Below are positions 29,740-39,212 of a DNA stretch of 64,000 nt, in pieces. The DNA comes from a virus. The stretch is from positions 1 to 64,000 of IMG/VR virus record IMGVR_UViG_3300019776_000919, one strand, 5' to 3'. The notes below the pieces were generated by a model. It was not told the DNA's origin and did not search any database. It was given only the letters and a program-made list of their open reading frames with translations. Each line of letters starts with the position of its first letter. The stretch's first letter is position 1. Both the position numbers and the translations under genes were made by a program.

Positions 29740-31149
29740 ATGAAAACTAATAGAATCGGAACTGATAAAAACCTTCAATCCGGGGGTACCTACGACCTGT
29801 TAATGGTAAAAATTGATGGCGTTTTTCCTGAAGGTCAAATATCGTTCGGATTGTATGATGTTCCTATGAAGATAACCGGGCTTCAAAAAGTAGCTCAGCA
29901 TTTTTTAAGGGTTCTACTTACAGGTAAAGGCAGTGATCCATTCTATCCAAATAAAGGGACTTCATTTCCACTATTAAACGTCGGATCTAATATTACAGAA
30001 TCTAGCCAAGAAATAATTGCAGATATTAAAGAATCTATTTCGGATGCGGTTAAACAAACCAGAGCAATGTTAAATCCTAACAATGAAGATAAAGAATCCG
30101 CCTTAGATGATGTTCAATTATCAGGAGTTACGGCTACAGAAGAAGGTTGGATAATCGTACTTTATTTAATAACACTAGCAGGTGAAGGTGCAGAAGTTGC
30201 AGTACCATTCCCAGCTTTTGGAATTGAAAAGCCAGTCAGTTATGAAGGATTTGTTATTCCGGATGCACCACCCCCTGTAATAGCTTCATTTACAGTAAAC
30301 CCTAACTCCGGTGCAGCTCCTTTATCTGTATTATTTACGGATACTTCTTCCGGCAATCCAAATACTTGGTTATGGAATTTCGGAGATGGTAATACGAGTG
30401 CTCTTCAAAGTCCAGTCCACATCTACAGCGCAGCGAATACATACGATGTAACTTTAACTGTTAGTGGAAGCCATGGGTCTGATACTTTAACAAAGACGGC
30501 TGCAGTAACGGTGACGGATCCTTACGCTGCGTACACAGGGCTATTATTTCATTTCGATGGATCTGTTGCAGATTCATCTTCAAATAACATTTCAGCTACT
30601 TTAGTAAATTCCGCATTTATAAATACAACTACTGTTAAATTTGGTACCGGTGCATTAGCTACTACTACGGCTTCAAATTCTAGATTAGTGACTGCTAACG
30701 TAGCCCCTCTGCAGCTTACAGGGCTTTGTACTATAGAATTTTGGGTAAATTTTACCGATGTAAGTGCTGGCCAGTATTTCGTCACATCTAATTATTCAGG
30801 CGGAAATAGATTTTGCTGGTTCTATACTGACGGGGCAGGTACTTTAAATGTTTACTTCCTAGGTACAACTTTTGCAACATCTGCAACAGTCACTACAAAT
30901 AATTGGATTCATGTTGCAGTAACTTGGGATGGTACCACTAGAAGATTTTTTAAAAATGGCAGTTTAATTTCTCAAGATACTACTATACCAAATTTCCAAA
31001 ACGCCCCGTTAGGATGGAGTATTGGTGGACCAGATCCTTCTATAGCAGGGGTTGTAGGTAATCCCGTTAAATACATAGATGAATTTAGAGTAACTTACGG
31101 TGCTGCTAGATATACGGCTCCGTTTACTCCATCTTCAACTCCGTTCTGA
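29740..31149 (+). CDS. gp25-like baseplate domain + PKD + LamG (paralog 2)
   Basis: Same N-terminal ~160 aa and PKD as paralog 1; LamG motifs TIEFW, WIHVAVT, IDEFRVT.G.ARYT. Confidence 0.7.
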   Translation: MKTNRIGTDKNLQSGGTYDLLMVKIDGVFPEGQISFGLYDVPMKITGLQKVAQHFLRVLLTGKGSDPFYPNKGTSFPLLNVGSNITESSQEIIADIKESISDAVKQTRAMLNPNNEDKESALDDVQLSGVTATEEGWIIVLYLITLAGEGAEVAVPFPAFGIEKPVSYEGFVIPDAPPPVIASFTVNPNSGAAPLSVLFTDTSSGNPNTWLWNFGDGNTSALQSPVHIYSAANTYDVTLTVSGSHGSDTLTKTAAVTVTDPYAAYTGLLFHFDGSVADSSSNNISATLVNSAFINTTTVKFGTGALATTTASNSRLVTANVAPLQLTGLCTIEFWVNFTDVSAGQYFVTSNYSGGNRFCWFYTDGAGTLNVYFLGTTFATSATVTTNNWIHVAVTWDGTTRRFFKNGSLISQDTTIPNFQNAPLGWSIGGPDPSIAGVVGNPVKYIDEFRVTYGAARYTAPFTPSSTPF

Positions 31150-31220
31150 CATAAAGTAATTCTATATAAATAACCGGATCAATACTTAACAATAATCAGT
31201 ATTCCGGTTATAATCTTTTT

Positions 31221-33191
31221 ATGTCAGATCTTTATTCAGTAATTTCGGGTATGCAACCCGATCAGCAAGATATCGTCGAGGCTGAATTACTTACCCGTCA
31301 AATATTAGAAGCTAATTATCCAGACCTAGATTTAAGAGAAGGTACTGGAATTCGAGACTTATTGGTAAGACCTTCTGCTTTTATTTTGGCTCTATGTAAA
31401 AAAGGCGTAGAGTATTACTTTTCACAAAATACTCAAAATAAAGTAGATAATTCTACTCCAACTGAAATTGTTGATGACATTCTGAGCAATCTTTTCTTAA
31501 CTAGAAATACTGGCACCTATGCGGTTATAAGTGCTAGATTGTACTTTGCCAGACAAAAATCAGTATCCCTAAATACTAACGTGAGTTTTTCTACTGATGG
31601 TAATTTGTTATTCTTCCCATCATCAGCAGTGTCATATCCCAGTACTGCAATGCAATATGATTCATTTCAAAATGAATGGTTTATAGACGTAGAATTAACT
31701 GCGGCCAGTAAAGGAGTTGCATATAACATTAGCTCAGGTAGCTTGTTATACTTTACTAATTTCGATCCTTACTTTTTACATGGGGAAATTAATTTCTTAT
31801 CTAGTGTAAGTACAGAACCTGAAACAAATTTGCAATTCATTGCAAGGGCTCAATATTCAATCAGTACTAGAAATCTAATAAATAAACCTTCTATTCTCAA
31901 CAGATTAACTTCTGATTTGAATTTTCTAAATCGCATAAAAGTAATAGGTGCTGGAGAAGCTGAAATTTATAGAGACCAAGCTTGGGTTAGAGGAGGTCCT
32001 GGTACTTCTAGAAATGCCTCTAGTATGGTTCTTACGGACGGGAATCTTAAGATGCAGATTTATATGCCGACTCATGGTTTCGTAGTAAACCAACAACTTT
32101 CGGTAATTGAGTCTGGTAGTTCGGTTAGTAAATTGGTTTTAAACAGAGTCCATGTAACAGACGTGGTTGATGCAGATAACTTTAAGATTAATATCGATGT
32201 TTCTGTAACCCCTAGAACTTTCTTATATCCAGTAGTCACCCCTTTAGAAGAGGATGTATATATTCATTTAGGTGGTCAAGTAGATATTCATTTATCTGAA
32301 ACAGTATCATCATCTTTACATCAATACACATTAGATTCTACTGGATCTGTAAATTTAACTGGACCTATATATAGCATAGTACGTAGCTCAGTATCTCCTG
32401 GCACAGCGGATACTGTTCCATTTGGAACTCCTTTTACGATTACGTATCCCGGTCATACTCAAGATAACAGTGCTACATTTTCTCAGGACGGTACAGGCAC
32501 TATCACAGTAGTATTAAAAAATCATCCTATGTCAGTAGGTAGAATGGTAAACATAGTGGGTTGGCCTACAGGATCTTCAAATTTACAGTTTACAGTATCT
32601 AGCGTAATAGACGGCAACACATTTAAAGTAGGATCGGGACTACCTATCTATACAGTAGACTCCGGATTATCTCCGTATATAAAATATGTATATCCAGGAA
32701 AAGATGTAGGGTTTTCTCAACGTCAAGTTTTAAAGGTGAGTTTTGGCCCTACTTATGCAGGGGGAACAGCTAGTTTTACTTCTAGTCAATTTGAATACTT
32801 AGATTCAGTACAACCATATTTAGAATTACCTGAAAATAGAGTTGTTTGCGCTGACCCTTTAGCAAGAGGGTTTGATATATACGCATTAAACGTTGGTATT
32901 ACTGTGTACGATACGACTCTCCCTACTACCGGTTACGTTCAGACTTTAGTAAATGATTTCTTAAAAACCTTAGCCCCAGGTCAAGATTTCATTTTATCGG
33001 ACTTAGTTGCGTATTTAACTTCTACGGGGGGTATTACTAATTTACAAACCCCTCTAAACGTTACATATACCTATTACACAAAAGACATGTTCCCTGGCAG
33101 AGCAGGTACTGTGACGGACGTACTTATGGCTGAATCAAGTACTTCGATTTATATTGTTAACTATGTATCTACTGCACTAATTCATCTATGA
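31221..33191 (+). CDS. baseplate wedge protein (J/gp6-like)
   Basis: PDLDLREGTGIRDLLVRP, A...G..YNI, ETN..FI.R; late promoter at 31207. Confidence 0.7.
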   Translation: MSDLYSVISGMQPDQQDIVEAELLTRQILEANYPDLDLREGTGIRDLLVRPSAFILALCKKGVEYYFSQNTQNKVDNSTPTEIVDDILSNLFLTRNTGTYAVISARLYFARQKSVSLNTNVSFSTDGNLLFFPSSAVSYPSTAMQYDSFQNEWFIDVELTAASKGVAYNISSGSLLYFTNFDPYFLHGEINFLSSVSTEPETNLQFIARAQYSISTRNLINKPSILNRLTSDLNFLNRIKVIGAGEAEIYRDQAWVRGGPGTSRNASSMVLTDGNLKMQIYMPTHGFVVNQQLSVIESGSSVSKLVLNRVHVTDVVDADNFKINIDVSVTPRTFLYPVVTPLEEDVYIHLGGQVDIHLSETVSSSLHQYTLDSTGSVNLTGPIYSIVRSSVSPGTADTVPFGTPFTITYPGHTQDNSATFSQDGTGTITVVLKNHPMSVGRMVNIVGWPTGSSNLQFTVSSVIDGNTFKVGSGLPIYTVDSGLSPYIKYVYPGKDVGFSQRQVLKVSFGPTYAGGTASFTSSQFEYLDSVQPYLELPENRVVCADPLARGFDIYALNVGITVYDTTLPTTGYVQTLVNDFLKTLAPGQDFILSDLVAYLTSTGGITNLQTPLNVTYTYYTKDMFPGRAGTVTDVLMAESSTSIYIVNYVSTALIHL

Positions 33192-34429
33192 CAGCACCGA
33201 TTTCTCTATTTGATGCTAAGGGGTTAGATGTAGGTTCTGATGCTCGGAATATGAGCTATCTATATGGCCTCTCCGACTTCTTTTCTTACGTATTTGAAGA
33301 TACGAGTACTGTCAACTTAATGTTAGAGGCGAACGCAGTTACTGCATCGGAAATTTATAGTAATTTTTTACAGCTCACTTCTTCCTTATCAATTTCAAGT
33401 ATTCAGACTACATTAGGCGCAAGTATAAAACTAATCCTTATCAAGGACTCGGATAAGGTGGGGAGTACTCCTAAATATAAAATCAATCTTCCTATTAGTA
33501 AAGCTAAATACTTAGCAAATAAACCATTTCTTCCTACAGATTTACTAGAATCGAACGTAGACTTCAGAATAACCCAAATAGATAGTGAATCTTGCTACAT
33601 TGAATTTGCAAAACCACTGATCAATCATACGTTTAGTAAAAGGCCTACTACTTCTGGTGAAAACGAATATGCAATTTGGGCAACCGATGTAATGATCGAT
33701 GCTCAATTAATGTATACCTATTATGGAAAAATACTAGGAGTAAACCCTGAAGTTTCCAGTGAGCAATTTTCTAATTTTATATATGGACTTTACTACCTCT
33801 ACGTAAATGGTCCTACTTTGCAAATAATGGAACAGGGGTTAAATCTTGTTTTAGGTATACCACTAGTAAGAAGTTCTTCTACTGTAGTTGATATTCGTTA
33901 TAACTCTACTACTAGTCAATATATAATCATTACTGATAATGAGCAGTACGTATTACCTACGGGAATATCTCCATTGGTAAATATAGGTGATTCACTAAGC
34001 ATAGGTGATAGTTTAGCTAAATGGATTGAATTAAAGGATTATACTTCCGATGGGGCGTGGTGGCTAAATGTAAGTATCCCTGATAATATTATTAAGAATT
34101 TATCTGGGAGTCAAACCGATAGATTTGCTAAAGCCGGTAGTAATTTTGATTACTTAATGTCAAACTACCTTTATAAAAATACGTTCCTAGTAAGAATTAA
34201 TATAGGTACTTTTAATGATAATAAGTACTTTTCATACTTATCTGATATATTGTATAATGCGAAGCCTTCCCACACTCAAGCAGTATATGTCTGGAGAATA
34301 GATTTAGGGAGTGTTAATGAAGGAGTTAGCGTATCTGAAGTATCTTTTACAACAAATCAAGTAGCAGCAGATATAGCCTCTATGCGGTCTATCAATACAT
34401 TCCAAATAAATTACACATATAATGATTGA
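33188..34429 (+). CDS. baseplate wedge protein
   Basis: LY..GPT...ME.GLN..LG.P and KPSHT motifs; follows J-like gene. Confidence 0.6.
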   Translation: MTAPISLFDAKGLDVGSDARNMSYLYGLSDFFSYVFEDTSTVNLMLEANAVTASEIYSNFLQLTSSLSISSIQTTLGASIKLILIKDSDKVGSTPKYKINLPISKAKYLANKPFLPTDLLESNVDFRITQIDSESCYIEFAKPLINHTFSKRPTTSGENEYAIWATDVMIDAQLMYTYYGKILGVNPEVSSEQFSNFIYGLYYLYVNGPTLQIMEQGLNLVLGIPLVRSSSTVVDIRYNSTTSQYIIITDNEQYVLPTGISPLVNIGDSLSIGDSLAKWIELKDYTSDGAWWLNVSIPDNIIKNLSGSQTDRFAKAGSNFDYLMSNYLYKNTFLVRINIGTFNDNKYFSYLSDILYNAKPSHTQAVYVWRIDLGSVNEGVSVSEVSFTTNQVAADIASMRSINTFQINYTYND

Positions 34430-34922
34430 AAAAGAAACATCACAATTAGGTATGAGTCTCGGTCTTCGTGGGTTTCTTACCGTTGCTAAAATTTATGAAG
34501 ACGGAAATAGAGAAGTAATATTTGAAGATGAAAATCTTATTGTAAATGGTGGTCGTTTAATTGCAGCTAGGCAATTACAATATTCTTCAGGATCAGGAGA
34601 CCCTCTTTCATACGCAAAAATCGGAACCGGGGGAGCTACAGACGGTGCAGGTTTATATTTAAAAACTCCTACTGTAACAATGACTGATTTATATACCCCG
34701 GTAGGTATTAACATCCCTATTGTAAAAACCGCTCACAACGATTCTATACCAACAATAACATTATTAGCAAACGTAGATAATTCTGTTGCCAACGGACTAT
34801 ATATTAACGAAGCTGGGTTTTTCTCCGCATCGGGAGTAATGTTTAATATCAAAGTATTCCCCCGAGTACTTAAACAATCATCCTTTTCACTGACTCTAGA
34901 GTGGGTTTTACAAGTATCATAA
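34422..34922 (+). CDS. baseplate/tail-collar protein
   Basis: NLIVN.G...IGTGG...NG..INEAG.F...G.MF pattern. Confidence 0.6.
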   Translation: MIEKETSQLGMSLGLRGFLTVAKIYEDGNREVIFEDENLIVNGGRLIAARQLQYSSGSGDPLSYAKIGTGGATDGAGLYLKTPTVTMTDLYTPVGINIPIVKTAHNDSIPTITLLANVDNSVANGLYINEAGFFSASGVMFNIKVFPRVLKQSSFSLTLEWVLQVS

Positions 34923-34923
34923 T

Positions 34924-35286
34924 ATGTCTACCTATACAATTACAATTACTACTACTTTAGAACCAGACCACTACGTTGTTACTGCAACAGCAGTAGGAAC
35001 TGATACTTTACCGTCCGATATTTTTGTTTATGAAAACTTAGGTACCTCTACATTAGGATCCTACTACGGGGTCTGCTCTTATTTAGATTACGGAAGATTT
35101 CAACATTTTAACGGTACACCTATTCCAACGTTTGGAAATAGATTTGTAAAAACTTCAACGGCAACAATCTTAGTTCCACTGGATAAGAGTCCCGAGTCAG
35201 TAAAAGCTAAGATTGTTAGCGATATTACAAAATTTAAAAACGCATTCTTAATTAGTCACACTTCTACACAGGTATACACAGTATGA
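34924..35286 (+). CDS. hypothetical virion protein
   Basis: Operon context. Confidence 0.5.
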   Translation: MSTYTITITTTLEPDHYVVTATAVGTDTLPSDIFVYENLGTSTLGSYYGVCSYLDYGRFQHFNGTPIPTFGNRFVKTSTATILVPLDKSPESVKAKIVSDITKFKNAFLISHTSTQVYTV

Positions 35287-36122
35287 GTCTTAAGTTCACA
35301 AACAACGCCCGTACCTTGCTTACGGCTAATATTTCAGCAGTGGATACTACTATTCCAGTATCTTCTACGTCAGCTTTCCCTACTATCAGTTCAGGGGCCG
35401 ACGCTTTTTATGTAACTATTTCAGATGGAACAAATACGGAAGTAGTCTATGTCACGGGTAAAACAGGTACTTCTTTTACGGGTTGTGCTAGAGGTGTAGA
35501 CGGTACCACCGCTAGAGCTTTTACATCCACTACTCCAGTTGAACAAAGACTGAATGCAGGGGCTCTGAATTCATTCCTTCAATTAGGCGGCGGTATTATG
35601 GCCGGGAGTTTACAAGCTGCTTGGGATGCAAGCTTACCCTATGAAGTAGTTACTAAGCGACAGTTAGATACTGTAACAACAACTGCAAATAGTGCGGCGG
35701 CAACTGCTTCTAATGCATTGCCTCTATCCGGCGGTACCATGACAGGGTATATTACGTTGCACTCTGGAGCTACGGCATCTTTTCATCCCATAGCTAAAGC
35801 GCAATTAGATACAATACTTACTAGTTATCTAACCGTGGGTAATTTTGCAAGTTCGTTGGCTGCAAATGGGTATCAATATTTACCAAGCGGTTTGCTAATT
35901 CAATGGGGGTACCAGGCAACTCCAAATGGAAACTACTCATTCCCAATTGCATTTCCCAACGTATGTTATGTTATAGTAGCTGGTAATGCTGACTCTCAAG
36001 GTTCTAACGTAGATAACTCTTTTGCATACCCTGTTAGTTTGAGTCAATTTCATATGGCTTCTAAATCAAGTCCAGGTTCAATTTCTGCTTATCCTACGTA
36101 TTGGATAGCAATAGGAAGATAA
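35283..36122 (+). CDS. tail fibre protein
   Basis: RG.DGTTA.AF, LPLSGGTMTG repeat, NGYQ.LPSGLLIQWG...FPIAFPN...WIAIG C-terminus. Confidence 0.8.
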   Translation: MSLKFTNNARTLLTANISAVDTTIPVSSTSAFPTISSGADAFYVTISDGTNTEVVYVTGKTGTSFTGCARGVDGTTARAFTSTTPVEQRLNAGALNSFLQLGGGIMAGSLQAAWDASLPYEVVTKRQLDTVTTTANSAAATASNALPLSGGTMTGYITLHSGATASFHPIAKAQLDTILTSYLTVGNFASSLAANGYQYLPSGLLIQWGYQATPNGNYSFPIAFPNVCYVIVAGNADSQGSNVDNSFAYPVSLSQFHMASKSSPGSISAYPTYWIAIGR

Positions 36123-36125
36123 TTT

Positions 36126-36563
36126 ATGACGATATTTTTTAGTAAAACTCAAAACGGATTTTTCAATTCGGATATTCACCAGTCTATGCCAACTGATGTA
36201 ATAGAGATTTCAGATGAATTACATCAATCCCTACTTCAAGGGCAAAGTGAAGGTAGACAAATTTCAGCAGACGAGTCTGGTAATCCAATACTGGTAGACA
36301 GGTCGGGGCCGTTAGTCACAAAAGAAAATATGTGTTCCTTTATTCAAGCGGCGTTAGATGAAAAAGCCAAAGAATATGGATATGACAATATAATGTCAGC
36401 TATCTCCTATGCGGATGAGCCTGGGATTAATAAGTTTCAAACTGAAGGTAAAGCTTTCAGGCTTTGGCGTTCATTAGTATGGGATTATGTTTTTAACTCC
36501 CCAGAAAGCATAGCTCCGGCTGATGTTTTGGCAAATTTGCCAGAATTCTCCTTGGAAAATTAA
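36126..36563 (+). CDS. tail fibre assembly chaperone
   Basis: FS...NGFF...IH..MP.D..EIS...HQ.LL.GQ..G..I..D..G.P.L; follows fibre gene. Confidence 0.75.
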   Translation: MTIFFSKTQNGFFNSDIHQSMPTDVIEISDELHQSLLQGQSEGRQISADESGNPILVDRSGPLVTKENMCSFIQAALDEKAKEYGYDNIMSAISYADEPGINKFQTEGKAFRLWRSLVWDYVFNSPESIAPADVLANLPEFSLEN

Positions 36564-36611
36564 CGAATTAAATCCTCATACAGCTTTAAAATAATAGCTT
36601 AAGAGGAAGTA

Positions 36612-37004
36612 ATGGCAGAACCAAGTTTAGCAACAGTAAGTGCAGGGGCAGGGCTGGTAGTAGTAGCTACCGTAGCCCTAGGCCCTATTCTAGGCGAATA
36701 TTCTATTATTATAGGATTCGGCCTGTTAGGTACATTAATTGCACTATCTGAATCTGTACAAACATCAATTTGGAAATCACTTCTTTTCGTGATAAGAGGG
36801 GTGATTTTCAGTTTTGTTTTTTCAGGACTTATAACTTCTTTAGTAGTAAAATACTTATTACCTCAAGACCTCGGTAACACTCCTTATATTGCAATGGGGG
36901 CAGTAGCTTTTGTAATAGGTTGGTCAAGTGACAGATTTCAAGTTATAAAAAATGCTCTTTTGAAAAGAGTATCCAAGATAGTAGATAAGAATGATACCCC
37001 ATGA
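36612..37004 (+). CDS. holin-like membrane protein
   Basis: 3-4 hydrophobic segments, basic C-terminus, GAGG RBS. Confidence 0.5.
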   Translation: MAEPSLATVSAGAGLVVVATVALGPILGEYSIIIGFGLLGTLIALSESVQTSIWKSLLFVIRGVIFSFVFSGLITSLVVKYLLPQDLGNTPYIAMGAVAFVIGWSSDRFQVIKNALLKRVSKIVDKNDTP

Positions 37005-37504
37005 ACGCACTTGTTACTTTCGGATTTTTAACAGTAATAGTAGGTGGTTATCTGTTACACAAGGTGGATAAAACATACTCTTGGTTTACCCGAATGAGCA
37101 TAGTTGCCTTAACTATGTCTGGTGTTCTTATGATTTGGTTCGTAGCGTCAGTAAAAACTCCACCCGTAAGTGAAGCTAAGGTTGAAATTTTAGGATATAA
37201 CTCTCAAGGTTTAGTGGCATCATTCAGTGCGGTCAGTACTAGGAACTGTTCAATAGAAGGTATTGATGCCTTCACTATAAACCAAGGTGACCTTTCTTTG
37301 CTTCAATCTAAGTTTATCTATCTGGGAAAAAGCAACGGGGTTGAAAAAGGTTTCATTACAGTTTCCAATCCAGAGCATATCAGTTCGGATAAAATTACGT
37401 TTAAAACAAGGCATTTTTGCCCCTTTGGATTTCAAGTAGTTACTAAACTAGAAGAATTTAACATCCCTAAGATACTGGATAAATCCAAGGTGCAATTACC
37501 GTGA
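37001..37504 (+). CDS. membrane-anchored protein (possible lysis accessory)
   Basis: Two N-terminal TM segments; ATGA-coupled. Confidence 0.5.
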   Translation: MNALVTFGFLTVIVGGYLLHKVDKTYSWFTRMSIVALTMSGVLMIWFVASVKTPPVSEAKVEILGYNSQGLVASFSAVSTRNCSIEGIDAFTINQGDLSLLQSKFIYLGKSNGVEKGFITVSNPEHISSDKITFKTRHFCPFGFQVVTKLEEFNIPKILDKSKVQLP

Positions 37505-38130
37505 TGCAATATAAAAACTTTGAACTAACTCCTGGTATCTCTCAAGATTTAATATTTGAAATATTAGATGATACTTATTTAAAAGTCGATCTTACAGGAT
37601 ACACTGCAAAGTTAGAAGTTCTTAATGAAAATTCTTCACTCAGATTAACTTCAACTACCTCTTCTGTTATCGGACTGGGAAATCTAAAAGTCCCTGTAGT
37701 AGATGTTGACACATTAAAAATTGGTAGCGGTCAATATCAGTATCGCCTCGTATTAACAGACTCGTCTAGTAAAACCAGAGTTCAGTATAAAGGATTCTTA
37801 ACTCTTTCAGAGCCAGTATTCAATAGCGGGTCCATTGCCCCAGTTCAAAACGTTGTTTTGGCGGACGGGTCTTTATTCCTAAATGCCCCAGATTCATTAT
37901 CATTAGGAGTATGGTACTCAACAGTCAACCCGTATAGATTAATGGTTTCAGGTACTGGGGTTTTATCTATGGATTTAAGAGATCCTGCCGGAGCTATTAC
38001 TATGGATACTCAGAGATTTGTAGGAGATCCTACCAGTGAAGTTCAGTGGGTATTCTATTATGGTCCAAATCCCGGGTTTAGAATAAATCAAAACTCTGGT
38101 ACTAATACAATTAGGTTTGCACCCCAATGA
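37501..38130 (+). CDS. virion protein (BppU-like N-terminus)
   Basis: DLTGYTAKLEV...G.Y.Y.L.L...G.LT pattern. Confidence 0.5.
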   Translation: MMQYKNFELTPGISQDLIFEILDDTYLKVDLTGYTAKLEVLNENSSLRLTSTTSSVIGLGNLKVPVVDVDTLKIGSGQYQYRLVLTDSSSKTRVQYKGFLTLSEPVFNSGSIAPVQNVVLADGSLFLNAPDSLSLGVWYSTVNPYRLMVSGTGVLSMDLRDPAGAITMDTQRFVGDPTSEVQWVFYYGPNPGFRINQNSGTNTIRFAPQ

Positions 38131-38399
38131 AACTAAAAAAAGTACAAGAAGGGTTACCTCCTGAAGATTGCCCGAAAGTAGTCCTTATTTCATGGGAGGA
38201 CGCCAAAGTAATTTCAGATGGTGGAGTCTGGATGACAAATAGAGAATTTGACTACGAACCCCATACGGTATGGCAGGTTGGGTTTTTATTAAAAGACGAC
38301 CCTGCCGGAATCATAATTGTAGAGGCGTGGCATAAAGATCTAATAGGGAATCCAACTCAAATACCCAGAGGTATGATTAAATCATTACAATACCTGTAA
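38127..38399 (+). CDS. hypothetical protein
   Basis: V.I.W.DA...VGFL...IP..MI motif; last gene before terminator. Confidence 0.6.
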   Translation: MKLKKVQEGLPPEDCPKVVLISWEDAKVISDGGVWMTNREFDYEPHTVWQVGFLLKDDPAGIIIVEAWHKDLIGNPTQIPRGMIKSLQYL

Positions 38400-38417
38400 A
38401 GTATAAATCTCACACTG

Positions 38418-38442
38418 AAAAGCACCGTTCTGGTGCTTTTTT
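38418..38442 (+). terminator. intrinsic terminator ending the late operon
   Basis: AAAAGCACC-GTTCT-GGTGCTTTTTT. Confidence 0.75.
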
Positions 38443-38448
38443 CATTTC

Positions 38449-39007
38449 AAAGCCAGTTTTTATTTCCACTTGCCAGTTTTGTCCGAAATTTATGGCAGAA
38501 ATTGTTCCAGTAAAATCAGGCAAAAGCCAGTTTTTAAAAAAGCTAAAAATAAAAAGTGGCTTCAGAAGTTCCAGTATCTATTAAGGAAAGAGGGTCAAAA
38601 GCCAGTTTTCCACCTTTTTTTGAAAAAAATATACATACTCTGTGTGAGAGATGAATTGGAAAAAAGTAGAAGCCATAAAAACGTCTCTTATATATATTAT
38701 ATATATAGATCTCAGGAGAAGAATATATTATATATATAAGAAGATGTATGTTTTACTGGCACTTTAATATTACAATACTTAATTCTATTTTTCTAGAAAT
38801 TTTTTCTCTCTCATAGAGTATGTATATTTTTTTCAAAAAAAGGTGGAAAACTGGCTTTTGACCCTCTTTCCCTTATAGATACTGGAACTCTTGAAGCCAG
38901 TTTTTAAAAAAGCTAAAAATAAAAAGTGGCTTTTGCCTGATTTTACTAGAACAATTTCTGCCACAAATTTCGGACAAAACTGGCAAGTGGAAATAGAAAC
39001 TGGCTTT
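38449..39007. repeat. large inverted repeat (arms ~203 bp) with GCCAGTTTT iterons and AT-rich palindromic core; candidate origin or terminus
   Basis: 38449-38651 is the near-perfect reverse complement of 38805-39007; (TA)n palindrome at 38686-38741. Confidence 0.9.
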
Positions 39008-39164
39008 ACAAGTAAAACGTAGATGTTTACTTTACAACCTACTTAAATTTATAGACGGTAAGAAACCCACTCTTTTCTTTAGTACCTCACCCCTTCTATT
39101 TCAAACGAAAACGGGCCTAGCTTCGTTTTAAATTTAAAGGTAGTACTACGCCCTACCCTAAGCT

Positions 39165-39189
39165 AAAAAAAGGGCTTAAAAGCCCTTTT
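39165..39189 (-). terminator. intrinsic terminator
   Basis: AAAAAAAGGGCTT-A-AAAGCCCTTTT, reads hairpin + U tract + AGC on the - strand. Confidence 0.7.
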
Positions 39190-39212
39190 ATCAAATTTGC
39201 TCGGAACTAGCT

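Noticed and set aside
38470-38739. 89-aa ORF
   Set aside because: Lies within the giant inverted repeat, TTG start, low-complexity translation
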